Below are positions 18,564 through 27,629 of a stretch of 32,000 nucleotides of DNA, piece by piece (position 1 is the first letter of the stretch; each line of letters starts with the position of its first letter). Below the pieces are notes generated by a model. The model was not told the origin of the DNA. It searched no databases and worked only from the letters and a program-made list of their open reading frames with translations. Position numbers and translations under genes: made by a program. The DNA is from Candidatus Heimdallarchaeota archaeon (GTDB lineage: Archaea > Asgardarchaeota > Heimdallarchaeia > Heimdallarchaeales > Heimdallarchaeaceae): positions 69,286 to 101,285 of the forward strand of contig DAOVER010000006.1 in assembly GCA_030668875.1 (NCBI GenBank), given 5' to 3'.

Positions 18564-20156
18564 CTATACTGTTCTTCTTATATCCTTATGCTGCAATTGT
18601 AAGTACTTTAGTAATGTATTTTCTAATCTAGAGAATCCGTAGAGTCTGCATTTTTTAATTGCCATGTATTGTAAAGCTGGCCCAAGAGGATCTCCGCTAT
18701 TATAAGCTCCTACTTGAATGAAAGCCTCCATAAAGATGCGGATCTCTAGAACCTCAATTCGTTTGAGTCTACTCTCATATTGCTTGAGGAGAGGAGCGAT
18801 TTCTGCGTAACGCTTAAGAGAAAACAGTTGCTGTGCTATAAGGAGATCTGTATAGGCCTGTTCTATGAATGTAGTCTTATCTGTCTTTACTCGTTTTTCT
18901 AAGATAGAAATAAAGTTCAGATTTTTCTGTTCCTGACTAATTTCCGTTTCTAATTTTTGCTTTTCAAGCATGAATTCGATTAGATGTTTTACTCGATTAA
19001 TGCTGAAATTATCGATTGCTAATAATGATTGAAGTTTAGCAGAATCAAGATTGGAATTAAGGATGAACTCACTAAAGATCATAAAATCGCTATAATGAAC
19101 CTTACAATCTTCATTTATTTCTTCTATTAATTCTTGGTGTTCTTGAGAATTGTAACTGCTTAAACGTGATAAATTATAGAATTTTATTAAACTGTGAGTA
19201 TGAGTAATTTGCTTCTTGGTGTTTTCATCCAAATTTTTCTTGATAAATTCTGTTTGGAGAAGAGTTTCTGCTTCTTTAACCATATTTGAAGCTTGCTCAT
19301 TTTTCCCTTGTAAACCTCTAACGGTAGCAATATAAGAAAGTAAAACAAGATAATATGCAAAATAGATGCTGTTTTTGTATACTGGTTTGAGAATACTGTA
19401 AGCTTCATTAAAATATGATTCAGCTATTGCTAGATTAGCATCTAACATATACCCCAAACCTGTGAAATAGTAAATGATTCCTTTAAAATCGCTAGATAGT
19501 TTTTCGAAAAGAGTTCTGTTAGCAAGGATTCTATTACTTATGTTTAAGGCTTTCTTGCTCTCATGAGTACGACTGTAAATAATGCTCAAGAGACCAAAAG
19601 TTTGAGCCAAACTTCGGTAAAACCCTTCTTGAATGAAATGTTCAACACAGTCCTCTAAAAGCACCGCACTTTCCGCACTATGATTTTGCAACCAGATTTC
19701 TATCGCATATGAATATTTACACGTGAATATTGTATATGTATCTGACACATTTCTTTCGTTAATAAATTCAAGAGCAAGTTGTATTTCTCTACTACTACTT
19801 TTTGTGTTTCCTTGAAGTCTCTCAAGATGCCATTTAATCTGATGTACAAGTGCTAGTCCTTCGGAAAATTCTATTTTTTGGGATAATTCATACATTTTCG
19901 TTAATATTCTCTTAATTTTCACAATATTACTGGCGTGGTTATATAACTGTCTTATTTGTAAATCGTATAAACGAATAAGTGTTTTTGTGTCTTTTATTTT
20001 ACTGCTTTGTTCTATTGCATTTTCAATGTACTGACAGATTAATGGTTCGCTTTTATTAGAAGCAATGACTCTTAGCTTTTTTACTAGATCAAATAACTTC
20101 TCTCCACTAGTGATATTATTAACTTTACGAAAATTATTACCTTTCTCCAATTTCAT
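18564..20156 (-). CDS. TPR-like helical repeat protein 3 (intact, 530 aa)
   Basis: Paralogue with the same C-terminal block (FMEAFIQVGAYNSGDPLGPALQYMAIKKC). TTTATATA box about 24 nt before the ATG. Confidence 0.87.
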   Translation of the reverse strand: MKLEKGNNFRKVNNITSGEKLFDLVKKLRVIASNKSEPLICQYIENAIEQSSKIKDTKTLIRLYDLQIRQLYNHASNIVKIKRILTKMYELSQKIEFSEGLALVHQIKWHLERLQGNTKSSSREIQLALEFINERNVSDTYTIFTCKYSYAIEIWLQNHSAESAVLLEDCVEHFIQEGFYRSLAQTFGLLSIIYSRTHESKKALNISNRILANRTLFEKLSSDFKGIIYYFTGLGYMLDANLAIAESYFNEAYSILKPVYKNSIYFAYYLVLLSYIATVRGLQGKNEQASNMVKEAETLLQTEFIKKNLDENTKKQITHTHSLIKFYNLSRLSSYNSQEHQELIEEINEDCKVHYSDFMIFSEFILNSNLDSAKLQSLLAIDNFSINRVKHLIEFMLEKQKLETEISQEQKNLNFISILEKRVKTDKTTFIEQAYTDLLIAQQLFSLKRYAEIAPLLKQYESRLKRIEVLEIRIFMEAFIQVGAYNSGDPLGPALQYMAIKKCRLYGFSRLENTLLKYLQLQHKDIRRTV

Positions 20157-20218
20157 TCACATAATGATTATACGTAAAATGGTATATAAAGGGAGATATA
20201 ATTCTCCCCAGATAGAAA

Positions 20219-20287
20219 TCAGTGTGGGGACCAAAGTGGGGGAAGTATACTTTCGTCTCCGTCTTCCGGATCATATTTTTGTTTCAT
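20219..20287 (-). CDS. Small peptide E, MKQKYDPEDGDESILPPLWSPH (22 aa), upstream of TPR-3
   Basis: Manual translation; GAGTGATG SD-like motif; TTTTAGTA at 20330-20337 (42 nt upstream); TGTCA at 20355-20359. Confidence 0.88.
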   Translation of the reverse strand: MKQKYDPEDGDESILPPLWSPH

Positions 20288-20432
20288 TGTTCATCACTCT
20301 TTTGTGTTATACTTAGAAGAAGAAAAAACTACTAAAAGACAACAAGAAAGAAACTGACAAAGAGACTGTTTTACTATTAAAAATATCAATAATACAGGTA
20401 TTTTCTAAAAAGGATTAAGAATGCCATAAGAT

Positions 20433-20478
20433 AAAATATGGGTAGCGAAGTTTCGAGATGAGATTATCATTCAAGGGT
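20433..20478. repeat. Right direct repeat of cassette 3
   Basis: Matches 18449-18494; overlaps an 11-bp inverted repeat (20443-20453 / 20509-20519). Confidence 0.9.
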
Positions 20479-20581
20479 CTACACCAATAAGTCCAATCCC
20501 ACACGAGAAAACTTCGCTAGATAGACATGATTGTTGTACATTATATCCTTTTTTGTTAGCGTTACTGATGATCGTTTTCTA

Positions 20582-21394
20582 TCATACAGTGCGAAAATCG
20601 ATGTTTATGTGTATAATGTTAACAGTTAGCGAGAAAACTGGAGGCGCCAATGTATAAGCAATATTTTGTGAAAAGCCTGTTGTTAGAGCTTTTACAGATA
20701 GCTCATTATTTTGCTCACCGAGATTTATACTTTCTATTACTTGACTTAATTTCACAATCTGTATTTTATCTTGTGTATTTACTATTGGAAAATACTCTCC
20801 TTGTCCATCCAAAGTTTTTGAAGTGTTTAAGTGAACTATCATGAAATTAACTTCTACATCTGAATCACTTGTTTGTTCAATACTTACAAAAACACTGTAG
20901 TATAATTGAATAGTTTTGTATCCATCAAATGTTTGGTGGACTATATTCATCATTTGTGCTGTTCTGTTAAGCGAATATACAAGCAATAATGGACTTCCAA
21001 AGTCATATATTGCCCCTCCTAACCCCTCAAAATTCCCTTCTATTTTATACTCAACCTCTCCTGTAAAATAGGATTTATTCAGTAAATTAACTCCTCCTGA
21101 ATTTATCATTAAGGATATTTCTCTATTTTGTTTCAAATCTAGTATCCCACTATCAAGATTATATCTTAGTACGCTTGACGAGTTATCTGGTGTGTTGATG
21201 AGTGTTTTAATTTCTGAATCGAAAGACAAGAATGTGTTTGTAGCAGCTGTTAGATCACTCTGTGTCTGAAACCTTTCTAATGATGGTATTATTTGCGAAA
21301 AAGCTAAACCTAAAGCAGAAACCATTACTGTGAAGATAACTAAAGTTGATATAATACTTGAAACTCCTCGACGAGATTTGAGTATTTTCATCAT
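20582..21394 (-). CDS. Archaeal type IV pilin/archaellin-like protein (class III signal peptide)
   Basis: MMKILKSRRG/VSSIISTLVIFTVMVSALGLAF: basic residues, RG cleavage site, then a hydrophobic helix. Confidence 0.75.
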   Translation of the reverse strand: MMKILKSRRGVSSIISTLVIFTVMVSALGLAFSQIIPSLERFQTQSDLTAATNTFLSFDSEIKTLINTPDNSSSVLRYNLDSGILDLKQNREISLMINSGGVNLLNKSYFTGEVEYKIEGNFEGLGGAIYDFGSPLLLVYSLNRTAQMMNIVHQTFDGYKTIQLYYSVFVSIEQTSDSDVEVNFMIVHLNTSKTLDGQGEYFPIVNTQDKIQIVKLSQVIESINLGEQNNELSVKALTTGFSQNIAYTLAPPVFSLTVNIIHINIDFRTV

Positions 21395-21461
21395 GTATAT
21401 TATGTTAAACAATTTGTCTTATTTAACTTTGCGGAACTTCTTACGCAAACGTCATCTAGTA

Positions 21462-21992
21462 TTACTCACTCTCTTTTATTGTAAGCTTAATATCTTTTCC
21501 ATCTATTCTTATCAGCGAGTTATCTTCTAGGATAGGAAGAATACGATTTTTTAATGTTACTTCAGGAATTGTTGTTTTACTGTGTAATTCTTTCAATGTG
21601 CAAGTGTGATTTGGTGACGATGATAAAGTTACAAGAACATCAATATTCTCTTTTTGACTGGGTATCCAATTTGATATCACTTTAGTTGTAAAAATGTAGC
21701 CCTCTTGTTGCAGTGTCAAATTTTCTACTTGTTCTTTTAATTCTTCAGTCATACTCTCTAAAGGTGAAAGCTTATCAACTGTTTTCTGAAGACTATCTCG
21801 TTCATATGTTGTTTCATCTAATTGTGAAGTAAGGTTCTTAATTTCATCTCTTATTGAACTGATGTTCTCTCCAGATTCTTTTAATTTTTTTAGCTCTTCC
21901 TTTAGTTCATCGATCTGATCAGTCAACCTTCTTGATTCTGAATCAATTATTTGATCAATACGCTTTAGTAAATCTCTTACTTCTTCAATCAT
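21462..21992 (-). CDS. Coiled-coil protein with C-terminal winged helix (176 aa)
   Basis: About 95 aa of heptads followed by TLKELHSKTTIPEVTLKNRILPILEDNSLIRIDG. Confidence 0.7.
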   Translation of the reverse strand: MIEEVRDLLKRIDQIIDSESRRLTDQIDELKEELKKLKESGENISSIRDEIKNLTSQLDETTYERDSLQKTVDKLSPLESMTEELKEQVENLTLQQEGYIFTTKVISNWIPSQKENIDVLVTLSSSPNHTCTLKELHSKTTIPEVTLKNRILPILEDNSLIRIDGKDIKLTIKESE

Positions 21993-22797
21993 GTTTCTAC
22001 AAGGGTTTTGTTGTCAATATAAACATTTTCAACAGAATACCACTGTAGTCAACTAGTATACTAACTGTATTATTTATGTAATATTTTAAACCGGCATTTT
22101 CCTCAAAAGTTTTCTTTAAGACTGTTTAATTGGTTTTCAGGTTTATGTACCTTTTGTTCATAATGTTTCCTTTGTACAAAACTTCTTACTTCTTCATTCT
22201 ACTTTTATAATTATTCATTAACCTGTGATCAATTTTTTAAAATGTGCATTTTATTGGATTCTATATTCCTAATTTTTTATATTTAGGGTTTGAACTTTAT
22301 TCTCTCATTTGTAAACCAACTGTCGGTAATCTTCATGAAGTAAGTTCAATAATATTCACTTGAATTTATTCTATATTCTTGAAACTCTTGTATTCGCCTA
22401 TCTTGATACTTCTGTTAACTATTAACTACATTTTCCTTCTCAAATAAATATGAGCTTTGTTTTGCTTTTTGTTTGTTTAAAGAGTATTCGATATATTGTT
22501 TCAGTACGCTTGATACAACTATTCTAAATTACCTTTATTCAACCATCTAGTTCAAAATTATTATGAATTGTTTATTGAGTAAACATTTACTTGAAAGTCT
22601 ATTTCTTTGTACAACTCCCGACATAAATAGTACGGGAGAAAAAATACCGAGATTATGAACTTTGATTGACAAAACTTGTGTTTTTCATGGTTCTAAGTTC
22701 TTATTCTCGACAAAAATATATTTTCAGCTAAAATTACAGGTTTTAAGGGCGTTTTCTGCAATCTAGAAATAAGTTTAGAGTATTAATTTGACTAGTT

Positions 22798-23028
22798 TTA
22801 TTTCTTCTTTTTATTATACCTAACAATCTTGAAAATAGAGTAACCAACACCAATTGCTAGAACACTAAGAGCTAAAGAAGATGTAACAACATGATTTGCT
22901 AGAAATCCTTTTGCCATTATCCATATTAAGAAAAAGATTGTTGGTATTCCTATAATGCAATTTACAAGAGCAAATTTATTCACTTTCTTGCTCTGCTTGT
23001 CTTTATCTACTTGGTATCCTAATGTCAA
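22798..23028 (-). CDS. Small membrane protein (2 TM, basic C-terminus)
   Basis: Two hydrophobic segments and a KKKK tail; downstream of pckG. Confidence 0.55.
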   Translation of the reverse strand: MTLGYQVDKDKQSKKVNKFALVNCIIGIPTIFFLIWIMAKGFLANHVVTSSLALSVLAIGVGYSIFKIVRYNKKKK

Positions 23029-23078
23029 CTTGATCTAATATTGAGTATGCTTTAGTATATATATGCACCACAAACAAT

Positions 23079-23111
23079 AATAAAAAATAGGGGGAGGAAA
23101 ATATATCCCCT
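23079..23111 (-). terminator. Possible terminator after pckG
   Basis: Minus-strand AGGGG/CCCCT hairpin followed by a T-rich tract just past the stop. Confidence 0.35.
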
Positions 23112-23127
23112 GATTTACTTATTAGTA

Positions 23128-25017
23128 TTAAAAAAGAAAGGGTGATAAGATGTCAGAACCAAATTTTTCTTTAGCAACTAGAAGTCGTTTCTTTTGTTCC
23201 TCTAGCTCAACAAAGAACTTTCCAGGAACATCTTTCTCTGCTCGAAAGATTGTTTCTATTCTTTCAATCTTCTCAAGGAACTTCTGAATTCTTATTGAAA
23301 ATTCTGCTTCATATCTTTCCTTACCATAGTCTACGTCAAATGCTTCCTTGAAGAGTTTAGTTAAGTCTTCATACTTTGGAATGTGACCAATTGGAGTTTC
23401 AATGGCTTCATACTCTCCGTGAACTCTACCTTCAGCCCAAAGTAGCCAAATCTTCTTATCCAAGATCTCATCGAAATAACGACCGCTTTCGTCTTTAAGG
23501 AAATAATTGGTTGAGAATATTCGAGGACGTTTTGCATCATCGATTCTTCTACCGAAATCTAAGTGAGCCTGTAGGTATTTACCCAAGGGTACAACGATGA
23601 AATCAAGGTTTGCCATTGGTTGATGTTTTCTAACACCAGCTTTGCCTAGTGTTGCTGCGGTAGTTTCAGATTCAATAGATGCTCCAATATATACTCCATG
23701 TTCCCATGAGAATGATTCATAAACAGGAACAGATGTATTAGAATCTCTACCTCCATAGATGATTCCTGAAACTTTGACACCATCAGGATCATGAATAGCT
23801 TCGTCAGCATTCTCAAGCCCTTCGATTCTAATGGTATATCTAGCATTTGGATGAGAGAATTTGTATTCATTACCATCATCGTCGAAATGTTTTCCTGCTT
23901 CCCAATCTCCAAGTTTGGAGGAAGTCCAATTGATTCCTTTGTCTGGAACAGTAACTTGTTTGCCCATTCCTAACCAATAAGGAGTACCTTCATTGATTAA
24001 CACATTGGAGAATATTGCTTCTCTAGGTGTGCATAGGTTTTTGTAAATTTCTGGGTCATCACCTGGATTAACATCCTTAATAATCCCAAAAATACCTTGT
24101 TCGATATTGACAGCTTTAACTTCTCCTTCTTCATTTAACCTAAGATATGCTATATCGTCCCCTACAATTGTAAAACCAGGGATCATAGCTGTACTAGTCT
24201 TACCACAAGCACTTGGAAAAGCTCCAAGGAAGTAAGTTTTTCTACTTTTGTCCAGAGGCCAAACGGCGTTAATGAACATGTGTTCAGTTAGCCAATCTTC
24301 ACTTATTGCTTTGTTAATTGCTAACCTTAAGGCAAGTTTCTTTAACCCTAAACTGTTTCCAGCATATTGGTTGTTAACTGTAAGAACACGATTTTCAACT
24401 AGATCGATGTATATTCTTCTTTTATCAACATTTTTTGTAACGTTTTTATCTGTAAGTTCCCCTGCTGAGTGTATCAGATAGAAAAAATCATCACCTTTTC
24501 TACGCTTAAATTCTTCATACCCCATTCTATATAGGATGTCCTCAGAATGAGCAACATATGCAGAATCTGTAAGTTGAAGTGCAAGAAGTGAGAACTTAGA
24601 TTTGGTTGGACCTAAACTGAAAAATCTTATGAGAACAGTTTTTCCTTCCATCGTTCCATCCATAATCTCCAGAACTTCCTTTAATCCTTCATCACGATCA
24701 ATAGTGTTTATGTGTTGACCATAATTCTCTTTTTCGTCTGCTGGAACAAGTAAACGAGTGTTCTTTTTATCCCTAGCTTGGTCATAAAAACCGTCATAAT
24801 GAACAGTATGTCCTTCTATTCCTACTTTCATTTCTTCTCCATTATCAATGGCAAGTTGACGAACATAGGCAATATCTTCTGGTGAATCATCAATTACTCT
24901 TGCATTAGCAGGTTTGCAAAGTGTAAGAAATTTTTCAATTACCTTTTCAGCTTTAGGATTTTCGAGAGCACGAAGTTTCTCTAAATCCTCTTTGTTTATC
25001 CATTTTTCGAGAGCCAT
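23128..25017 (-). CDS. pckG: Phosphoenolpyruvate carboxykinase (GTP)
   Basis: GAFPSACGKTSTAM, VGDDIAY, HPNARY, GIIYGGRDS motifs; 629 aa. Confidence 0.96.
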   Translation of the reverse strand: MALEKWINKEDLEKLRALENPKAEKVIEKFLTLCKPANARVIDDSPEDIAYVRQLAIDNGEEMKVGIEGHTVHYDGFYDQARDKKNTRLLVPADEKENYGQHINTIDRDEGLKEVLEIMDGTMEGKTVLIRFFSLGPTKSKFSLLALQLTDSAYVAHSEDILYRMGYEEFKRRKGDDFFYLIHSAGELTDKNVTKNVDKRRIYIDLVENRVLTVNNQYAGNSLGLKKLALRLAINKAISEDWLTEHMFINAVWPLDKSRKTYFLGAFPSACGKTSTAMIPGFTIVGDDIAYLRLNEEGEVKAVNIEQGIFGIIKDVNPGDDPEIYKNLCTPREAIFSNVLINEGTPYWLGMGKQVTVPDKGINWTSSKLGDWEAGKHFDDDGNEYKFSHPNARYTIRIEGLENADEAIHDPDGVKVSGIIYGGRDSNTSVPVYESFSWEHGVYIGASIESETTAATLGKAGVRKHQPMANLDFIVVPLGKYLQAHLDFGRRIDDAKRPRIFSTNYFLKDESGRYFDEILDKKIWLLWAEGRVHGEYEAIETPIGHIPKYEDLTKLFKEAFDVDYGKERYEAEFSIRIQKFLEKIERIETIFRAEKDVPGKFFVELEEQKKRLLVAKEKFGSDILSPFLF

Positions 25018-25234
25018 AACAAGCGTTCTCCTAGTCTAATGTAAATTCTAATGTACTCTCAAAGAAAATTGAATTATAAATGAACTTTTGCATTTTATCA
25101 AATTTTTTTCGTTATTTTTGTATATATCCTTTCTTTTACAATTATTGGAGTGTAAATACAATCTTATTCATATAACGTTCTTATTTGTACATTTTTTTGA
25201 TGTCTAAATAAGATGATACAGTTGATACCTTGAA

Positions 25235-25397
25235 GGATTGTAGCTATGCACCAGTTACGTGGTGATTCTCGAGGCTACATCCAACAAACATCTAAAAGCG
25301 AACCGTAAGCATCTTTATGAAAAGATGTGGGCGGTGTAGGAGGATAAGTGATTTATCCATCTGAGTAAGTATAGGTTGTAAATCAGTCATCTTACTC
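25235..25397 (+). ncRNA. Candidate structured RNA (four consecutive stems) between ppa and pckG
   Basis: GC-richer than the flanks; four stems found by eye; G-U pairs favour the + strand. No family assignment. Confidence 0.3.
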
Positions 25398-25503
25398 TCT
25401 ATATGATGAACTCTATAAAATACACAAAATGATTGATTGAAACGAAGAAATCATGAATATTCCGTTATGGCAATGAAAATATGGGGACAATAAAAATGTT
25501 CCC

Positions 25504-26061
25504 TTATTTTTTGTCAAATAATTCCTTGTACAATTTCATAGAGTGTGTTATACATTTGAAGGCTTCTGCTTTCTTGTTCCACCCTATTACTTCTACTTTT
25601 TTACCATGTTCTAAACCTTTGTAGGTCTTGAAAAACTCTGCAATTTCACTAAGTGTATGAGGATAAACATCATCTAATCCATAAACCCCATGATAGAAAG
25701 GATCGGTTGAAGCAACTGCTAAAATCTTGTCATCGTGTCCTTTCTCATCTCTCATTCTAAGAATACCAATTGGTCGAGCTGCAACGACACATCCTGTAAA
25801 CGTTGGCTCAGAAATGAGAACAAGAATATCAAGGGCATCACCATCTTCAAAATATGTTTGAGGTATTAATCCATAGTCTCCTGGGAAGTGAACTGAGGAG
25901 TGCAAAACACGATCCAGGTAAATTATACCACCTTTCCCTAATTCGTATTTATTCTTACTATTTTTAGGATTTTCAATAATAGCATAAACCTCCTCAGGAG
26001 GATTTGGACCAACTTTGATTGTATGCCACAAAGAGTTTGTATCTACCATATTGCTTCTCAT
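25504..26061 (-). CDS. ppa: Inorganic pyrophosphatase (family I)
   Basis: KYEL, LDRVL, YGLIPQT, DGDALDIL, DEKGHDDKILAV motifs. Confidence 0.95.
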   Translation of the reverse strand: MRSNMVDTNSLWHTIKVGPNPPEEVYAIIENPKNSKNKYELGKGGIIYLDRVLHSSVHFPGDYGLIPQTYFEDGDALDILVLISEPTFTGCVVAARPIGILRMRDEKGHDDKILAVASTDPFYHGVYGLDDVYPHTLSEIAEFFKTYKGLEHGKKVEVIGWNKKAEAFKCITHSMKLYKELFDKK

Positions 26062-26229
26062 TAACCTTTACACGCAGTGATAAAAACATTGTCAAAAAGA
26101 GAAAAAGAAAATCTGTCATCTTATTTTATAGTAGTTTTTTTAGGATGAACACATTCAACTAGTGGAAGTAGAGGGTGGCGAAGAGAGGGCATAAGGATTA
26201 TGTGGCATCACTCGAAGGAAACAAAACCT

Positions 26230-27384
26230 CTATTTCCTCTTTTTTCTTACGAAATAAATTAAGGGCATAATTGCTGTAGTTATTATACAAATTGATAATA
26301 AGCTGGCTGTCGAATACTCATCTATTTCAGGTAAGTTTGCAAATTGTGCAAGTGGATAAAGATCTACTTCTCCATATCCCCCCCCTATTTCATAGAAACC
26401 ATCTCCGTCCCAATCGTCCCAGTAGTTTCCTTCAAGAGTTGTAGGATCATACCACAGATTACCTTCTGAACCATTAGTTGGTCCTTCAAAGTAGGCTTGT
26501 TCTGTTCCACCTTCGTTTCCAATAAACACATTATGGTGAATGATATTATTTGATGATTGATATGCTAAAACTACACCAAACTCCTCATTGGCTTCAAACC
26601 AGTTGTACTTAACTTCACAGCCATAAGATAAATCTAATCTTGTTCCATTACCGCCATTAAAACTACATGTGTTGTTATAAATCTCTGAGTATGAAGAATC
26701 ACAGACATATATTCCATCTCCATTGAAACTACATGTATTATTATAAATCTTGTATTTGTCTCCAGCATCAGCCATTAATGCTTTTCTTTGAACTGATTCT
26801 ACTGTATTATTGTATACTTCTGTATACCCTCCACTTGTCCATATACCCATATCAAAACCAGTAACATAATTGTGAGCTATGATTGAAAAATTACCTGTGT
26901 GCGCTATACCTTGTCCATAAGTTCCTCCATAGTCAAGCTTGTTGTAAATTATGGTGGTATTAGGACACCTGTAGCATTTGATACCTGTTTGTCCTAGGTA
27001 TTCAATCACATTGCCTTCTATTCTAGCTCCTGCTGTGGCATTCCAGATATACATTCCGTCAATACTAGAACTAACATAGCAGTTTTTAATAAGAAATGCC
27101 TTTACAGTATTAACAATAAATATCCCGTAGGATTCACTTGTTACAATCTCCAAGTTTTCAATTAAGTAAGGATCTGCTAACGATCCAGAACCATTTATAC
27201 CATAAGTTGCCCAATCACCATCATCATTAATAACGATGTTACTGAAGGGTATTCGTTCCATATTCCATGTAATCGATTCCTTTTCTGTGGAAATATGGCT
27301 AAAACCATTTTCAGTAGAACTGAAAACTAAAATTATAATCGAGAAAAATGCTAGTATAAACAAAATTTGTTTTTTAATTTTCAT
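26230..27384 (-). CDS. Secreted right-handed beta-helix (NosD/CASH-like) surface protein with C-terminal TM anchor
   Basis: N-terminal signal peptide; IYNNTCSFNG repeats; GNLWY...GNYWDD..G motif; TM plus RKKRK tail. Confidence 0.8.
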   Translation of the reverse strand: MKIKKQILFILAFFSIIILVFSSTENGFSHISTEKESITWNMERIPFSNIVINDDGDWATYGINGSGSLADPYLIENLEIVTSESYGIFIVNTVKAFLIKNCYVSSSIDGMYIWNATAGARIEGNVIEYLGQTGIKCYRCPNTTIIYNKLDYGGTYGQGIAHTGNFSIIAHNYVTGFDMGIWTSGGYTEVYNNTVESVQRKALMADAGDKYKIYNNTCSFNGDGIYVCDSSYSEIYNNTCSFNGGNGTRLDLSYGCEVKYNWFEANEEFGVVLAYQSSNNIIHHNVFIGNEGGTEQAYFEGPTNGSEGNLWYDPTTLEGNYWDDWDGDGFYEIGGGYGEVDLYPLAQFANLPEIDEYSTASLLSICIITTAIMPLIYFVRKKRK

Positions 27385-27478
27385 TATATCAACAAGGTTT
27401 ATGCTTTTTTATATGCATAAACAGTTATAAAGATTGTTCAGTTCATGGAACAAATAAAAAAAAGCAAGTTGAAAATAA

Positions 27479-27512
27479 TCTTACCACATAAAATGTATAT
27501 TGCGTGGTAAGA
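27479..27512. repeat. Palindrome TCTTACCACA-N14-CGTGGTAAGA (copy 3)
   Basis: Same arms (1 mismatch) and same 14-nt spacing as the copies at 10152 and 10233. Confidence 0.8.
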
Positions 27513-27629
27513 CAAACAAAAACAAGAAATCGACCTGAGGAATTTTGGAGATAAGAGGCGTATCTACAAAATATATTTTCATGACAAAAATAAAAACCTC
27601 CAAAGAACATAGGAACCCTCCCTTGAGTT

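Noticed and set aside
20440-20522. tRNA or SECIS at the cassette-3 repeat (7-bp AGCGAAG/CTTCGCT acceptor-like stem)
   Set aside because: No T-loop (GTTCRA), no proper D or anticodon arm on either strand, and the SECIS helix II does not pair.
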